Numbered from the stretch's first letter, positions 12,289 through 26,872 are shown. The stretch: 64,000 nucleotides of DNA from Eledone cirrhosa (GCA_964016885.1 OZ024740.1:328352001-328416000); one strand, 5' to 3'. A program made the numbers and translations. The notes: generated from the letters alone by a model not told the origin.

Positions 12289-13794
12289 CATACAGACACT
12301 CCCTGACGTACAACCGTGTTCTTCTTGAAACAACTGGCTGTAATTTGATATGGACATAACTTAAAGACCTCTGCGTATGACCGCAGGTATTACTCTTATA
12401 TTACATACTAATTAACTAATACACATTTCATAAGTATATTCTTTCAGACCTCCTCTTCCAATGTAAACCAGACCAATCTACCTTGATTATCTTTTCTATA
12501 AAATACCCTTTCCCCGTGATTAAATTATCCAAAGTTTCACTAAACTTCTCATCTGCTACTACATCGGGACTCGCTGCTTATTCGAGGTTACGAGGATAAT
12601 ATGCAGATTTCATCTTTCTTTTTTTTTTCTCTTTTTGAAATGATCGAGTACTACTTTGAACGGTTCGGAAAGGTTTCGAACCTTAACTTAAATTGTTGCT
12701 TACACAAAACCTTTATATGTGCAACCATAGACGGAAAAGGTGGACAACACCATTTCATTGTGTTTCGTCTACTGATAATATTGCCCCCAACCCGCTTCGC
12801 CAATTTACACTGCGTAATCTAACTCAATATCTACTGATGAAAGAAAAAACTGATGTGAAATATTTTGGTGTAAGTAGATGAGAAAAGTGTTAACTTTAGA
12901 TGGTAAATTACATGTTATGAAAAATCATGTTCATGTTGCTCCAATCCAGCGAAATACAATACGAAATTTGACCTCAATTACTATGGATAAAGGATTGACT
13001 GACAAGAAAAGTTTAGGTGTTAAGAAGTGTGTGTGTGTGTGTGTGGGTGGGGGGGGGGGGTTATAACTAGATGATAAACTCCAAGTTATTAAAGATATAA
13101 ACATGGTGACATGACGAATTCTCATAATCAAAAGAAAAATAACTGTACAGATGAAAAAGTTAAAATTGCATCAAATTTAGTTACCCAAACAATTATGTTG
13201 ATTGTTATGGTGCTTTTTATTTTTGTTTTGCTTTTCAAGATGGAAAATGGACAAGAGAGTAATTATAAAATGACCTCTTAAATGTTCTATATTTTTTAAC
13301 CATTTCCTTACCCTATTTCTAATGAAAGACATTACCCATGATTTCAAAAAATTTTCAAATAATTTTGAAAGTAATCGCGAATTTGAGGACTTACTCATTA
13401 TTCAGCTTGTTTTAGATATATAATTTAACAAAAGGTCTTAAATAAAATTATAATCGGAGATGTTTAAATAACAGTTTTGCATTGTAGAACCAGGGTCGAT
13501 TTTAGGCAAGTTGGTTTCAAATGGGTTAATAAATTGTTGAATCACTAGAAAATGTTTCGATTACATATTGTGTACCCAAAGTACCTGAACAGACAGATTA
13601 ACGCTGCGTTACATTCTTTAGGGTAACTCTTGTGGAGAATAAATTGTCTATAGAGTAAACATTCTATAGAGTAAGCTTTCTAAAGGCTTTTTGAGATTAA
13701 GGGAAAGTAAGAAAAAGGAAACGTCCCGACTGGGAATCGAACCGATATTCCAGATTCAAATGTCAACACCATTAGTGTTGTAGAATAATGATAC

Positions 13795-14020
13795 AATAAT
13801 TGTTTCTATATTAAGCACAAGGCCAGCAATTATGTTGTGGGGAGGAGAACGTCGATTAAATCGACCCCAGTGCGTGACTAGTACCTTATTTTATCGACCC
13901 TGTAAGGATGAAAGGCAAAGTTAGCCTCGGCGGGATTTGAACTCAGATCATACAGGGGCGTAACTCTATGCTGCAAAGCATGGTGTCTGACGCTCTACCG
14001 ATGCTGCCAGTCTACACCGT
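13795..14020 (-). mobile_element. tRNA-derived SINE (longer subfamily)
   Basis: Homologous to 11881 copy with an extra ~30-nt block. Confidence 0.85.
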
Positions 14021-14515
14021 ACAATATTTAAACAAAATCTCTCCTTATAGATGGAGCTCTGGATGTTTGCCTAGTTTGCCGTGTTATTGTCATCGAATGT
14101 ATGAATCGTATCACACGGTTCGGTCTAAGTAGAAGCTATCATTGTTGCTGTTGTTGTTGTTGTTTAGCTCCACATGAACACTGATCGAGAAAAACTATCA
14201 TTAAAGTTGTTCAAGTCGTAACCAACCTGACCTTTAATATATTCAATACCACCATGCTCAATGTATCATTCAATTTTAAACATGGTAACCTGTGATTTGA
14301 AGGTGTTTTAGCTACATTTTCTAATAGAGTGGAGATCCACTCGTTAGTACGTCTTTGAAACAAACATTGTTGTTAATGTTGTTGTTGCTTGGTCCAAATT
14401 AAATCTAATTGGTCGGAGCTATTATTAAAGCCATTTTAGTTATGGCCATCCTGTCTATTTTTCGGGCTATGTACACTACACCCAAGACCATATTATCTGA
14501 TATATCAATTATTAA

Positions 14516-14735
14516 GGGCAGTGGATTGGCAGAATCGGTAGAGCGTCGGATACCATGTGTTGCAGCATAGAGTTGCGGCCCTTTATGATCTCAGTTCAAA
14601 TCACGCCGAGGTTAACTTTGCCTTTCATCCTTACGGGATCGATAAAATAATGTACCAGTCACGCACTGGGGTAGATTTAATCGACTTTCCTCTCCCCAAA
14701 AATTGCTGGCCTTGTGCTTATATCAGAAACCATTA
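14516..14735 (+). mobile_element. tRNA-derived SINE with TSD
   Basis: A/B boxes; flanking attatctgatatatcaat duplicated. Confidence 0.85.
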
Positions 14736-15249
14736 TCTGATATATCAATCTTCTTTTAAGACGGCAAAGTATGATACGTGGGTGGGGGAGATTTGGTTTC
14801 TATTTGTTGCAAATAGGGCTACCATGTAGAGACTCCTTCGTTGGTTCTACTGCATTTTGTTTTGTTGCTTCCGGTTTAGATCATTAGGTGCAGTTTCCTA
14901 GTTGATAATGTATTAAAAAGGAGACACCAGCCAGACGTTACCCTGGTTCCGGGTTCAAGGTTTGAATAACACGTCTCACAGCGTGGCTAGAAAAATCTAC
15001 TGATTTTCATAACAGCAGTAGTAGCTGATGACTTATTAGGGACCCAGCCTTGATTTCAATTTTGATTTCATTAGATCCTATCACAACAAAAATCTGCATA
15101 CACAAAAACACACACTCATAGACACATACGCACACACTTATATACAGATATATACACGCAATTAATTAAAATTTACACACAAACACACTGATGTGCACAC
15201 ACATAGTTACACATCTAGACACATACAATTATATATATATATGTATATA

Positions 15250-15306
<57 letters not shown>

Positions 15307-16824
15307 ATCCTGGTTATCCATCAAAATGCGATAACAACGTTCACTTACTTACATAGCTGAACAGTATAGTCCTGGAGCCATGAGATCCGTTCAATGTAGG
15401 GTATGCATATGTGATGGTAGTCGTAAGAGTAATAGTGACAAGCATGATCGCATCTCTCGTGGCTCCTCTCGGATTTTTTGATTGTCCTTATTTTCAGCAT
15501 AGGAGATCTATGTTCAAATCACTGGCGTCAAGTAGAACAATTTGTAGCATCGACCTTCAGATTGTCTTATACTTCATCAATGTACTCTACATTGGATACT
15601 TATAACGCTTCTACGACTCTCCAGGTCATGGCTGCCGATATAGAAAACCTGATCAAGTGTCCTAGCCTCTATAGCTGAGCAGCTTGACTATGGCCCCCAA
15701 AATGTACTTAACTTTGCAAGTAGAGTTTAAATATTCATTTTATTAAGATTAAATAGTGGATCTTGTTACTCTGGAGTTTTGCTTGTTTATCACAGGGTCT
15801 AATGATGCTATGAAAGTTTTAAATTTGAAAATAACAAGCAAGAGAGATAACTCTAATAATATCAGTCAATGATTTTAGAATTTAAAGGCATGGTTGTCAC
15901 GAAAGAGTACTTTTGTATATTCCCTAGAATGGGTTGCAATGCCACAATCATCTTCATAATGTAATTCAAACATAAGGGTTTATATTGTTTTCAGACTTCT
16001 CTCCGGATATTCAACAGTCAATGTCATGTTGCGTATGAAGTTGATATCGTTTTTGCATGCTCATGAAATCTGTTTCAACTATGCCACGTACAAGACCGGC
16101 CTTGGGAGGTTCGGGTCCCAATTGGATTTTACATTGGGTTTTATATAGCAATGTGTTGTTGTGCGTATTTGATGAGCGGGTAATATTATTCTAGCGTGGG
16201 GGCTAGACGCCCAATTGGCACTAATTTATCCAATTGCCATAAGTCCGGCAATGGGTACGGAGATTAACCACAAAATAAATAGGTACTAAGGTACACATGT
16301 TTTATTTCAGTGATCCTTTAGAAAAGATCAATGTGTTCATGAATTTCGATTCAGTAAATGTTGAAGATGTGTGTACATGCAACATTCGTTAAGCTAACTG
16401 CATTGCTAGATGCAATGAGTTCCATCCAGCATCATCTTCGCCGCCGCCACAGGCACCTTCATCATTACCTCCACCACCACCACAGCTGCGGCCGACGCCA
16501 CTGCCAGGAAACCCACCAACACCATCAACAACACCACCATTACTGATAGTGCAGCCCCTTTAACATTATATCAAAAGCCACGATAAAATAAGATAATGAA
16601 ATATAGGTTAGTGGATAATTTCCTTTGCAAAATTTTCTTACTTTTGGAGAGAGAGAGAGAGAGAGAGGGGGGGGGGAGAAAGAGAGAGAGAGAGTGAAAG
16701 ATGAGAGAGCCTAAGGTTTCTCCATCTCCTTCTCTCTCTCACTTTATATATATGTATATATGATACATACATGCACGCACAGACACAAACACACATTCAT
16801 GATACATAGAGTGAGAGAGATAGC

Positions 16825-16902
16825 TTACGGGGTCGATAAAATAAAATAACAGTAATGCACTGGGTAATTTGATGGCCTTGTGCCAAAAGTAGAAACAATT
16901 AT
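16825..16902 (+). mobile_element. SINE 3' fragment
   Basis: cttacggggtcgataaaataaa...gccttgtgccaaaagtagaaacaattat. Confidence 0.75.
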
Positions 16903-16990
16903 ATATATATATATAGGAAAAAGTATGACCCCGACGGCTATTTCTGGAGTGAAGAAACACTTGAACCGTTAAGGTATAAAACAAACTTTG

Positions 16991-17037
16991 TATTTTATCT
17001 GATGAAAGCGTACTCTTGAAATATATATAATAGAATA
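16991..17037 (+). ncRNA. Type I hammerhead ribozyme motif
   Basis: tattttat-CTGATGA-aag cgtact ctt-GAA-ATATATAT-A^atagaata; 8-bp helix I, palindromic helix III. Confidence 0.75.
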
Positions 17038-17174
17038 AATATGGTTTTATAAATATAGTTTCCATTTATTTTATATCATTGTATATTATACTCCAGAACA
17101 CTGTCGAGTGCTCTGAATCAGTTATAAACATTTATATTTGTTGAATTACCAACAAATTGAATATCCCTTTTGCT

Positions 17175-17292
<118 letters not shown>

Positions 17293-17303
17293 TGTGTATA
17301 TAC

Positions 17304-17334
<31 letters not shown>

Positions 17335-17471
17335 AGCAAAAGGGATATTCAATTTGTTGGTAATTCAACAAATATAAATGTTTATAACTGATTCAGAGCA
17401 CTCGACAGATTTCTGGAGTATAATATTCAATGATATTTAATAAATGGAAACTATATTTATAAAACCATATT

Positions 17472-17518
17472 TATTCTATTATATATATTTCAAGGGTACG
17501 CTTTCATCAGATAAAATA
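17472..17518 (-). ncRNA. Type I hammerhead motif (inverted copy)
   Basis: Reverse complement of 16991-17037 with one loop change. Confidence 0.75.
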
Positions 17519-17583
17519 CAAAGTTTCTTTTATAAATTTTGACATAACCAAGAAAAGATACCTTAACGGTTCAAGTTTTTCTT

Positions 17584-17586
<3 letters not shown>

Positions 17587-17648
<62 letters not shown>

Positions 17649-17649
17649 C

Positions 17650-17681
<32 letters not shown>

Positions 17682-17815
17682 ATATATATATATATATTCT
17701 ATATATATATATATATGTATATATATGTATATATATATATATATGTGTATATATATATATATTCTATATATATATATATGTATACATATATATATATATA
17801 TATTCTATATTTATA

Positions 17816-17880
<65 letters not shown>
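17587..17880. repeat. Long interrupted (TA)n microsatellite
   Basis: Direct reading. Confidence 0.95.
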
Positions 17881-17883
<3 letters not shown>

Positions 17884-17970
17884 TATGTATACGTACATAC
17901 ATATAAGTAACGGCCGTACTAAGAGTGAGAAATGAAATTTCGTTTCATTTTTTCCGTATATATATATATA

Positions 17971-18776
17971 CTAGCATTAAAGCCCGGCGTTGCTCGGGGT
18001 CATTAAGTTACCAAAGTTAGGTTGCACCACCCATTTTATGGCAGCACTTTTTTGTCTGCCAGGTACTGGGTGAATGAATTGCAGACCTGGACTGCCGAAG
18101 CAGGAGCTGCGCCCAGCAGTGACAATTGTAGTTTCGCCTATGGATATTATCTCTGTGCAAAAAAGTGTTGAAATTTATTGTTTCACAGTACTTGCGCAAC
18201 ACGCGCGTAGACGATGCCAGCCGAACAACAGAGCTCCGATGGAGTTGTTCTGCATGGTTGTCTGTGTGTTTTCTAAATTTAAGACAGTAGGGAGTGGTGT
18301 GATATGGGGGAGAGTTAGCTGCTGTTTCTAGCAGGTTTAGTGACCTCATAGAAGATATGTTTTTTAAATTTAAGACAGTAGGGAGTGGTGTGATATGGGG
18401 GAGAGTTAGCTGCTGTTTCTAGCAGGTTTAGTAACCTCATAGAGGATATGTGTTTTCTAAATTTAAGACAGTAGGGAGTGGTGTGAACGGACAGTATCAC
18501 TATCAAGCTTGGAAAGAGAAAGTAGCAGAAAGTATAAAGTTGTATAGATTTTGAATGGTAGTAGAAAGAGTTCAGCAGTTTAAATGAGAGAGAAAGATCG
18601 TAAAGTATTGAGTTTTATCTATTTTTTGCGTAATTGTGGGTGAAATTGAAAAAATTATCTGCGTCAAGACGCAATTGAAGCTATTTCGAATACTGAATTG
18701 TAAATTTCAATTGAAGAAATTCTATATCGTAGATTTCTATAACGAAGGAGCATGACCACACACTGAGCTTTATAGA
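17971..18776 (-). mobile_element. Non-autonomous Helitron
   Basis: Minus strand 5' TC; 3' hairpin cccgagcaacgccggg then CTAG; A|T insertion; internal ~92-bp tandem repeat 18265-18485. Confidence 0.8.
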
Positions 18777-18813
18777 TTATGATATATATGTATGTATATG
18801 TATATATATATAC

Positions 18814-18847
<34 letters not shown>

Positions 18848-18858
18848 GTGTGTATATA

Positions 18859-18905
<47 letters not shown>

Positions 18906-18912
18906 AAGAAAA

Positions 18913-18962
<50 letters not shown>

Positions 18963-18976
18963 CATATATATATAGA

Positions 18977-19019
<43 letters not shown>

Positions 19020-19029
<10 letters not shown>

Positions 19030-19256
19030 AAAGCAAGTCGGTCTGTGTGTGTCTGTCTGTGTACAAATACTAGGCTCTTTTTAACTTTTGAAGTACTGGC
19101 CGATTTGGCACGTGCTATTGAGGCGACCTCTCATTGGCTAGCCAATTAGCTGACATAAGCTGACATGCACTCAGAAATTTACTAGCTAAGCCATAAACGA
19201 CCTTGAACAATTCAGGCTGTCATTCATTTTCCGAGCAACGCCGGGTACATCTGCCA

Positions 19257-19257
<1 letters not shown>
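19020..19257 (+). mobile_element. Short non-autonomous Helitron
   Basis: tatatataaaa..gtctgt head; ccgagcaacgccggg hairpin; CCAG end (variant). Confidence 0.65.
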
Positions 19258-19302
<45 letters not shown>

Positions 19303-19307
<5 letters not shown>

Positions 19308-20386
19308 AACCAGTAAGACCCCGACGGCTGAGCTCAAGCCGTTTCGACGGCTAATTCTGGACTAAATGAAAATTTATCCTGGTATTTAAATAGCCGAGCT
19401 TCTCAAGGGGTAATTCCATATATGGTCAAAGTGATTGTCAAAAGTCAGTAGTAATTCTGTGATTGCAAATTAGTAGGGGAGATGGTGGCTAAACCTGCCA
19501 GTAGGAGAAAAAGGGGAGGGGGTGGAGTAGACCCAATCATGCGTTGGTAGTGCCAGCTACAGCTGTAAAGAAAAAAAGTAAAGCAAGTTCTACGACCTAA
19601 GTCTCTAGCTATTGTTAGGCTAGATAAATAAATAAATAAAGAAATAAAGAAATAAATAAAGAAATAACGAAATAAGTAAATAAACTAGGTGGGACGGAAT
19701 AGGCAAGGACCCTTTTAAGAGGTATAAGTACGTAAATCATACGGTGACGGGTCAACAAATGGGGCCAAAAAGCTAAAGAAACTACCACGAAATAAATAAT
19801 AAAGGTTTCTATCCCGGGCACAATGCCAGCAACCACCCAGTGCAGCAAAGTAAACTAGTACGAGATAATAATTCTGAGTCCCGAAAAAAATATATACTAA
19901 TGCTAACTCTAAAAGATCTTATACAAGCTACATGAAAGTTCGTACGAAGTAAAGGTAGAATACGGAAAAATAAATTCAGAATCCACCCCGCCCAAAAGAA
20001 AAGAGAAGAAAGAAATACTGAAACGAGAAAATAAGGCATAAGTGCCACTAAGAAATATAGAAGGCACGGAAAATAGTGGGAGCGGTCGGAAAAGGGGGCA
20101 AGTATCCGAGGTCTAACACAACTGCTATAAAAAGCGGAGTCCGCCAAATCTATCATAGACTAGGGGAGGGGGTGGGGGTACTGAGGCTACAAGGGGCCAA
20201 AGGGCAGCCTCGGGTGGGCGAGAAAAGACGCCGACAAAGAAGAAGAACTGGGGTAGAAGGACTAAGGAGGGATGAGGGGAAGAAGGAAATAAAGGAAGCG
20301 ATAAAAGAATAAAAAGAAGATCTACCCTAAGTATTGAGTACTTTGGTGCGTTATGGTCCACCTGGTTCCTTACCACATTTCCTTCG

Positions 20387-20388
<2 letters not shown>
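19303..20388 (+). mobile_element. Family A element with ~950 bp replacing the right hairpin arm
   Basis: Left arm 19303-19370 and family tail 20320-20388, flanked by (TA)n. Confidence 0.65.
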
Positions 20389-20478
<90 letters not shown>

Positions 20479-20689
20479 TGATTTATGACTGAAAGAGTCG
20501 TGTGTGGCGAGTGATAGGGATGTTATTATTATTTTTTCCCCTCTTATTTTTATTATGCGCACTAATTACTCTTCACAGATTAAACGGAGTATGACACAGT
20601 TCGACTGTGGTAGTGGGTGGTTGCGCTACTGCTTCCTGGCATTTCTATTATTGTCAATCAGACTCGGTTTTCTGTGGGAATTAGGATGA

Positions 20690-20808
20690 TAATAATTGTT
20701 GGTTCTACTTTTGGCACAAGGCCAGCAAAATACCCAGTGTATTACTGGTACTTTATTTATCAACCCCGTAAGGATGAAAGGCAAAGTTAACCTCGGCGGG
20801 ATTTGAAC
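20690..20808 (-). mobile_element. SINE fragment (11881 family)
   Basis: Matches B box to 3' end. Confidence 0.8.
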
Positions 20809-20814
20809 TAAAAA

Positions 20815-21310
20815 GATAATAATGATGATGACGATGATGATGATGATGATGATAACGATGAGGATGAGGATGATGATGATGATGATTATGATGATGATGA
20901 CGACGATGATGATGATGACGACGATGATGATGATGATGATGACGATGATGATGATGACGACGACGATGTTGACGATGAGGATGCAGATGATGATGATGAC
21001 GATGATGTCGATGACGATGATGACGATGACGATGACGACCATGATGATGATGACGATGACGATGACGATGGTGATGAAGATGATTATGATGATGATGATG
21101 ATGATGATGATGTTGATGAGAAGGAGGAGAGGGACATGTGGAGGGTGATGAGGGGGTTAGATGAGGAGGAAGGGGACGATGATGATGATGATAACAACGC
21201 CGACGATCATGATGAAGAAGATTATGATGCTGATACTGATGCCGAAGACGTCCATGGCAATTTACGACGATGATAACAACGATGAGAACGATGACGGTGA
21301 TGATGATTAT
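20815..21310. repeat. Degenerate (GAT/GAC)n microsatellite
   Basis: Direct reading. Confidence 0.9.
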
Positions 21311-22499
21311 TTCATGCATTCGTGCGAAGACAAAAATATGTACGGAAGTGGTAGAATCCATTGAATAACCAAGATATGACTGGTATTTCACATTATACGG
21401 AACAACAGGACAACGCGTCTCCCTCACCATCCTCTGGGGAAACGCCTTCTTTATTCTGTCCACCGGGGCCGCGGGGCGGCCAGCGCGTGGGCGCCCATTT
21501 GCTTATGATAATGAGAAATGGGGAGAGCGGGAAGGACGGAGATAGTGACAGTGGGTGATTGGTTTCATTGTGTTCGAACCTGGTGTATATGTCTATGTGG
21601 TGTGGCAAATAAATACAGTATATACATATACTGTATTTATTTGCCACACCACATAGACAACAATTTAGGCAGTGAAATATATAAAAATTGATAAAAAACA
21701 AAACAAATTAAAAGTTAAAATATTTCAATTTTATTTGATTTTATGAAATATTGTGGTTTTATGACTAACTCAAGTAGGACGACATCATTCATCACCCCTT
21801 TCAGAGATTCTGAGATTAATAGTCCTGAGTGGGAAGTTATCCTCTGACTGAAAATATGTCCTGAATGTTTGTGTCAGAGTGAGCAACAGCAATGTAAGGG
21901 CCCCCTTTAGTCATGAGGCCATGAGTTTTGTATCTATGAATGAATGGTCTCTCCGATGTATAAGACTGGGCAGTATGTTTTGTGGAAGACTAACAGTCGC
22001 CCAAGCAAAGTTCACTGCAACTTGGCACCAGTGTTGTTGTAACTGATTTTTTCCAGCTGAATGGACAAGAGCAATGTGAAATAACATCTCTTTTTAAAAG
22101 ACGCAACCCACTTTCCAGTCCGGAAATCGAACTCATGACTTTACAATCTTAAGCTAGCGCCTAAATTATGTGTCGTCACGGTTAAACTAAGTGATAGATT
22201 TAGTATATCACTCCAAAACAAGGATGCGCTTTCACGCAGTTTCCTGTGTTTCAAAATTAATTCAGAAGATTTGATTAACATATGGCTATAGCGGAAGACA
22301 CGTACCTAAAGTGTCGTACAAAGGAATCAAATCGCAACCGCATAGTTGCGAAGCGAATTTCTAAGCTACACCACGTAATCTTGAATTTGGTTTTTCTGTA
22401 AATTATAAATTCGTGGTCGTATTGACTCCGGTTGGCTAAAAATGTAAGAGTCACTTTAACAGATGTAGACTTTTAAATGATGTGTCTATTGTTTTATTA

Positions 22500-22680
22500 G
22501 TTTAGTCTGGAGGAATAGTGTATATTCCCATGCCCTTCTTGGGCCTCCAAAATCTGTGAAGACGACGTGGTTAAACTTCTTGAAAAGTTGCAGGAAAAAT
22601 CTATGCAGGGACGGAATTCCAGAGGGCTGATGGTTTGGGGAGGAATGACTAAGTATATTGGTTAGTGTAGTGCCTCATGT
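22500..22680 (-). mobile_element. Jockey/CR1-type LINE 3' remnant
   Basis: Minus translation SFLPKPSALWNSVPA*IFP resembles the LINE C-terminal WN.LP motif. Confidence 0.45.
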
Positions 22681-23479
22681 AGTCGGCACAGTACCAAAAG
22701 AACTAATGAAAATAATGTTTTGCAACCTTTAACACAAGATTAAACAATTTAGGGGATGCAAATAAAAAGCAAAGTTGACAAACGGTGGAGCTCAAAACGC
22801 ACAAAGGACTTAAGAAGATATTTCAAAGCTGATGTCTTAAAGATTCTGCCATTTTACCTCTTTCTTGAATGTGTTATATAATTTAGGCTCCAATTTGTGA
22901 GAAGCTCTCAGTTGATCAAACCGCCCCAAATATTTGACTGGTAATTATTTTATCTATCCTGGAAGGAGAGGAGGCAATGTCACCTTAAGCTGCATTTAGA
23001 CACTAAACGCAAAGCAAAATAAATACATCTAGATTTGACTCAAGCCTTTTTAAATTAGAAAATAAATAAACATAAAATTTTAACCGGAAGCAAGATTAAA
23101 ATGTTAGATGGAGTAATTTCTCAGTGCAAACAAATTTTAACAGTTTGTCGTTCTCATTATCATTGCTGTTATAGTTGATGTTGTTCTTGAAATTAATGTA
23201 GTTGATATGTTAATTTACTTTTCATCGTTTACCATAGCAGTAGAGTGCCATCTCATTCTTCAATCTAGAAACTGCAGGAAGGCATGGCTGTTGGTAAAGT
23301 TGGTCATGTGAATGATGCAATCAAATGCTTAAAGTGTTGTCACAGTTATTGCAATGCCTGTATTTTTAAAAATCTTAAGTACACCATATTCTTTCTCTCT
23401 CTGTGTCTATCTCTCTCTTCATCTCCCCCCCTCTCTCTCTCTCTCTCACAGACACACACACACACACATACACACACAC

Positions 23480-23960
23480 ACTGTCTCATGGTCAGGTCGT
23501 CGGAGACTAAACCGGCAACCCCACCAAGTTTGCTTGGTAAGGAGGGTGATAGTTGGACACCCTGTGGTATGAAATACAAGACCCTGCAAAGGGAAGAGGA
23601 ACTCAGCAGAATTAACGGCCATCCAAATAGTACTTTTTTCCCCACCTGAGAGTGAAAAGCCCCCAGTTGTTGTCACAACACCTTTCTCGGAGAGGGAAAC
23701 TCTGGAAAAAAAAAACCCCACGCGGCTTAGGAAGCATCTGATGGTGTTGACCAGTTCTCCTTTTCGGGTAGTGTTTTCGATGCTCAGAAAGTGGGATTAG
23801 TCGTGTGCAATGCCTTTCCTCACTTACAAAAACCTTCAAAGCACAGGCATTGCATGTTCAGGATATGTTACAGGTTCGTGTGGCTGGTCGTAGCCTAAAA
23901 GTGCACCATTTTCTGTAATCTGACAAGCAATTGCAAAACTCTTAGCAGAGTTTGCAGCCA
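23480..23960 (+). mobile_element. RTE-LINE 5'-UTR-like dispersed repeat
   Basis: Homologous to 9900-10500 and 6601-6870. Confidence 0.5.
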
Positions 23961-24166
23961 TCATATATATACATACGTACATACACACATATATATATAT
24001 ATAATTGTATCTGTATTTTTGACCGTTGGTCAGTCAATGGCAACATTGAGGACCGAATAAATTAAATTAACCGATATAAAAGACACAGAAGCGAAAACCA
24101 ACCAAACAGTGAGTGTGTTCTGTTATTATTTCTGGCATATTATTACACAAATATGACCCTCCCCAA

Positions 24167-24258
<92 letters not shown>

Positions 24259-24354
24259 TAATCAAAATAAAGACTAAAATCCGAAGAGGCCTCGATAGGG
24301 ATTTTATATATATATAAATATATATAAAAACAGTAGAACAAATATTTATTAAAA

Positions 24355-24472
24355 TAACAGATTAAAGTTTAAGCAAAGAATCGCTGCTTTCACTCTTAAC
24401 GGGATCTTCTGTTTCAGAAGATGCCGTTAAGGGTGAAAGCAGCGATTCTTTGCCTAAACTTTAATCTGTTTA
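24355..24472. repeat. Near-perfect fold-back palindrome
   Basis: ~56-bp arms centred on ttctgtttcagaa. Confidence 0.85.
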
Positions 24473-24519
24473 TTTATTATATATATATATATGACATTTT
24501 TAGGGTGATCAGGCCTTTC

Positions 24520-25170
24520 TACCTAGAAGGTGTCACGGGAAATGAAGTTGGCAATAGGCAGTAAGGCCTAAAAGTAGTTGGGAATTTTTCAAGTTAAAAG
24601 ACCTCTATTTCGGTTAAGAAATATTTTGGGTTTATTCAAGATGGATCTAGAATTATTAAGGTAAGCGAATCCTACAATTCCGTGATTCTTTAAACTATAC
24701 CGGGGACCTATAAGCAATGTTTCATGTTAATTGTGGGTATGAGCATCCTTTGTCTTTGTGTTTCCAAATGAACTGTGTATAAATGAGTATTGAAGGAAAC
24801 GACTCTTAAATGCAGCCAGACCCATGTAAACTCTTTTTAATACCTTTTCAGAGTTGTTATGGTTGCACCGCATCTAACTTTAGAGAGGCATAATCCCCGA
24901 AGCGGACAGGTGGATTCATTTCAGACAGGTGGACAGTTACAAGTGCGTTGATCGGGTAATGGATGTATGTGTGTATCTTTAGGTGTTTTTGTATTATATA
25001 ATTTTGAAGCTATGTTCTTCAAACTGGCCGGGAAAACTGTCCTTAATTTTTGGAAATTTGGAGAACTTTTGATGTTTATGCATTTGTGGGAAATTATATC
25101 ATATTGAAGCTAGGAAACTCCTCGCTATGGTTATGCTAACTCCTAGTTTGTGTGAGTAGCCAAACAAGTT
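24520..25170 (-). pseudogene. Decayed Penelope-like (Neptune-type) GIY-YIG region
   Basis: Minus translation fragments TCPLRGLCLSK, VYMGLAAFKSRF, IWKHKDKG. Confidence 0.55.
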
Positions 25171-26830
25171 TAATATCCTTTACCTGGTTCAACACCACTG
25201 TCTTAACCACATAAAATAGTTTCTCATTGAATCTACTTCTATTTAGCGCATCGTTTCAATAGAAGTCTGCCTTATTGAAAATATTCTTGCTTAGGATAGT
25301 ATAAAGAATAATCTTAATTAATACGTAACTTGGACTACTCGATGCTGGTACTGTACATCTTAAATGAGCCCTATTACTGTAAAGTCCCAAGCCGTGTTTT
25401 CCTTCATACTAGATGTCCCAGCTAAGTCATCCCTATTCCTGTACAACTCGAGGCTGAGTGGTATTTATTACTTGTCATTTTCTAGCAGAGTAATCACAGT
25501 ACTGTAAACTCTAAAGCTGAGTAATCTCATACAGGTGATCCTAGATACGTAATTTCATTACAATAAACTCGCAGTCTGTGTGATCTTCAATATTATTCAC
25601 TACCATCGGTGAGTGATACCCAGTACCGTACATTCCCCTCGTTGATTGTTCCCACTACTGTATACTCCACAGCATATCGCTAAGATACGCTTGAGCAAAA
25701 GTGTATAGAGTGAATTATACTCATTTATAAGGGTTATGATTTATGTATTTAATAGTCTAGTTAGCAATACAAATACAAAATAAACAGACATAGACACACA
25801 TAGACATTATCTAATCCCTTTAACCTCTAGGCCCTGTAAAATCAATTTGGCGGAAAGAACGTCTACTCCAGTAAAATCTTTCCTAGACTTATCCCTACTG
25901 TTATTGGCAGCAGTGTGTTTACTTAAGATTCAAGAGTTATTTATTACGGAGGGATGCGCTTTGTCATAGTCTTTGTCTAAGTTTGTATAGGCCGTTCGTT
26001 GGTGTAACACCATTGTTCTTGGTGACATGTGGTTTTGCTATATATTTTATGCCAGCTTGTCACTCGGCTTTCCTGAGAATGTATGTCTCCATAAAATATA
26101 CTGTAGTTTTCATGGAACAAATAGTATTTAGGAAGCAATGTAAATTCATTTCCTCGCCACTCTCTAACTCTCTCTATTAACGTATCCCTTTTTGTTACTA
26201 CCTCCGTCTCATTCTTTACTTTCCCCAATCTCTCTTTCTCTCTCTCTCTCTGCATCTATCTCTCAACCATCGCTTCACTCGTTATAGTTTTAATGATTTG
26301 CTTTGCAGCCATGTTAGCATAGAATGTTTTTATTATTATAACAATCTTCAGTATACAGACAATGCTAGATAGATATTTAGATGGTGACACAAGACGTTGT
26401 ACTGTTTTTAAACCCCTTATTACTTTCCTGCTACTTTTGCTAAACTGTCAATTATTTCAAGGTCCGTCATGCTCCAATTGCTTAAACAAAACCTCAATGA
26501 TACAACTGGGAATTGCAGACATGTTTTATCGTATTTCCCTGCTGAACATATATTTGGTAAAGACCAAGCATTGTTTAAAATGTATATGTTTTTACATCTT
26601 CATTGACAACAAACATTTCTTTCCACATGGTAAGATATTTTCGTACATCAAAGCTTATTGTATGATTTATATTATTGCTAGAGAATATGACTCAGTTTAC
26701 TTTAAAATGAATGTAAGCAGCTGAAGATCTCGAGTAGCTATTCCAGAAGTTCATTTTATTCCACTTGTTCCTTCAACAGAAATTTTAAAGATAGGGTGTG
26801 GTAAAATAATACTGATATATATATATATAA

Positions 26831-26872
<42 letters not shown>

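Noticed and set aside
18265-18485. Regularly spaced repeats (also 40310-40488) as CRISPR-like arrays
   Set aside because: No unique spacers, eukaryotic context, inside Helitrons
23228-23365. Possible host exon on minus strand (acceptor tacag, donor gtaaac)
   Set aside because: Stops in all three frames; no supporting homology
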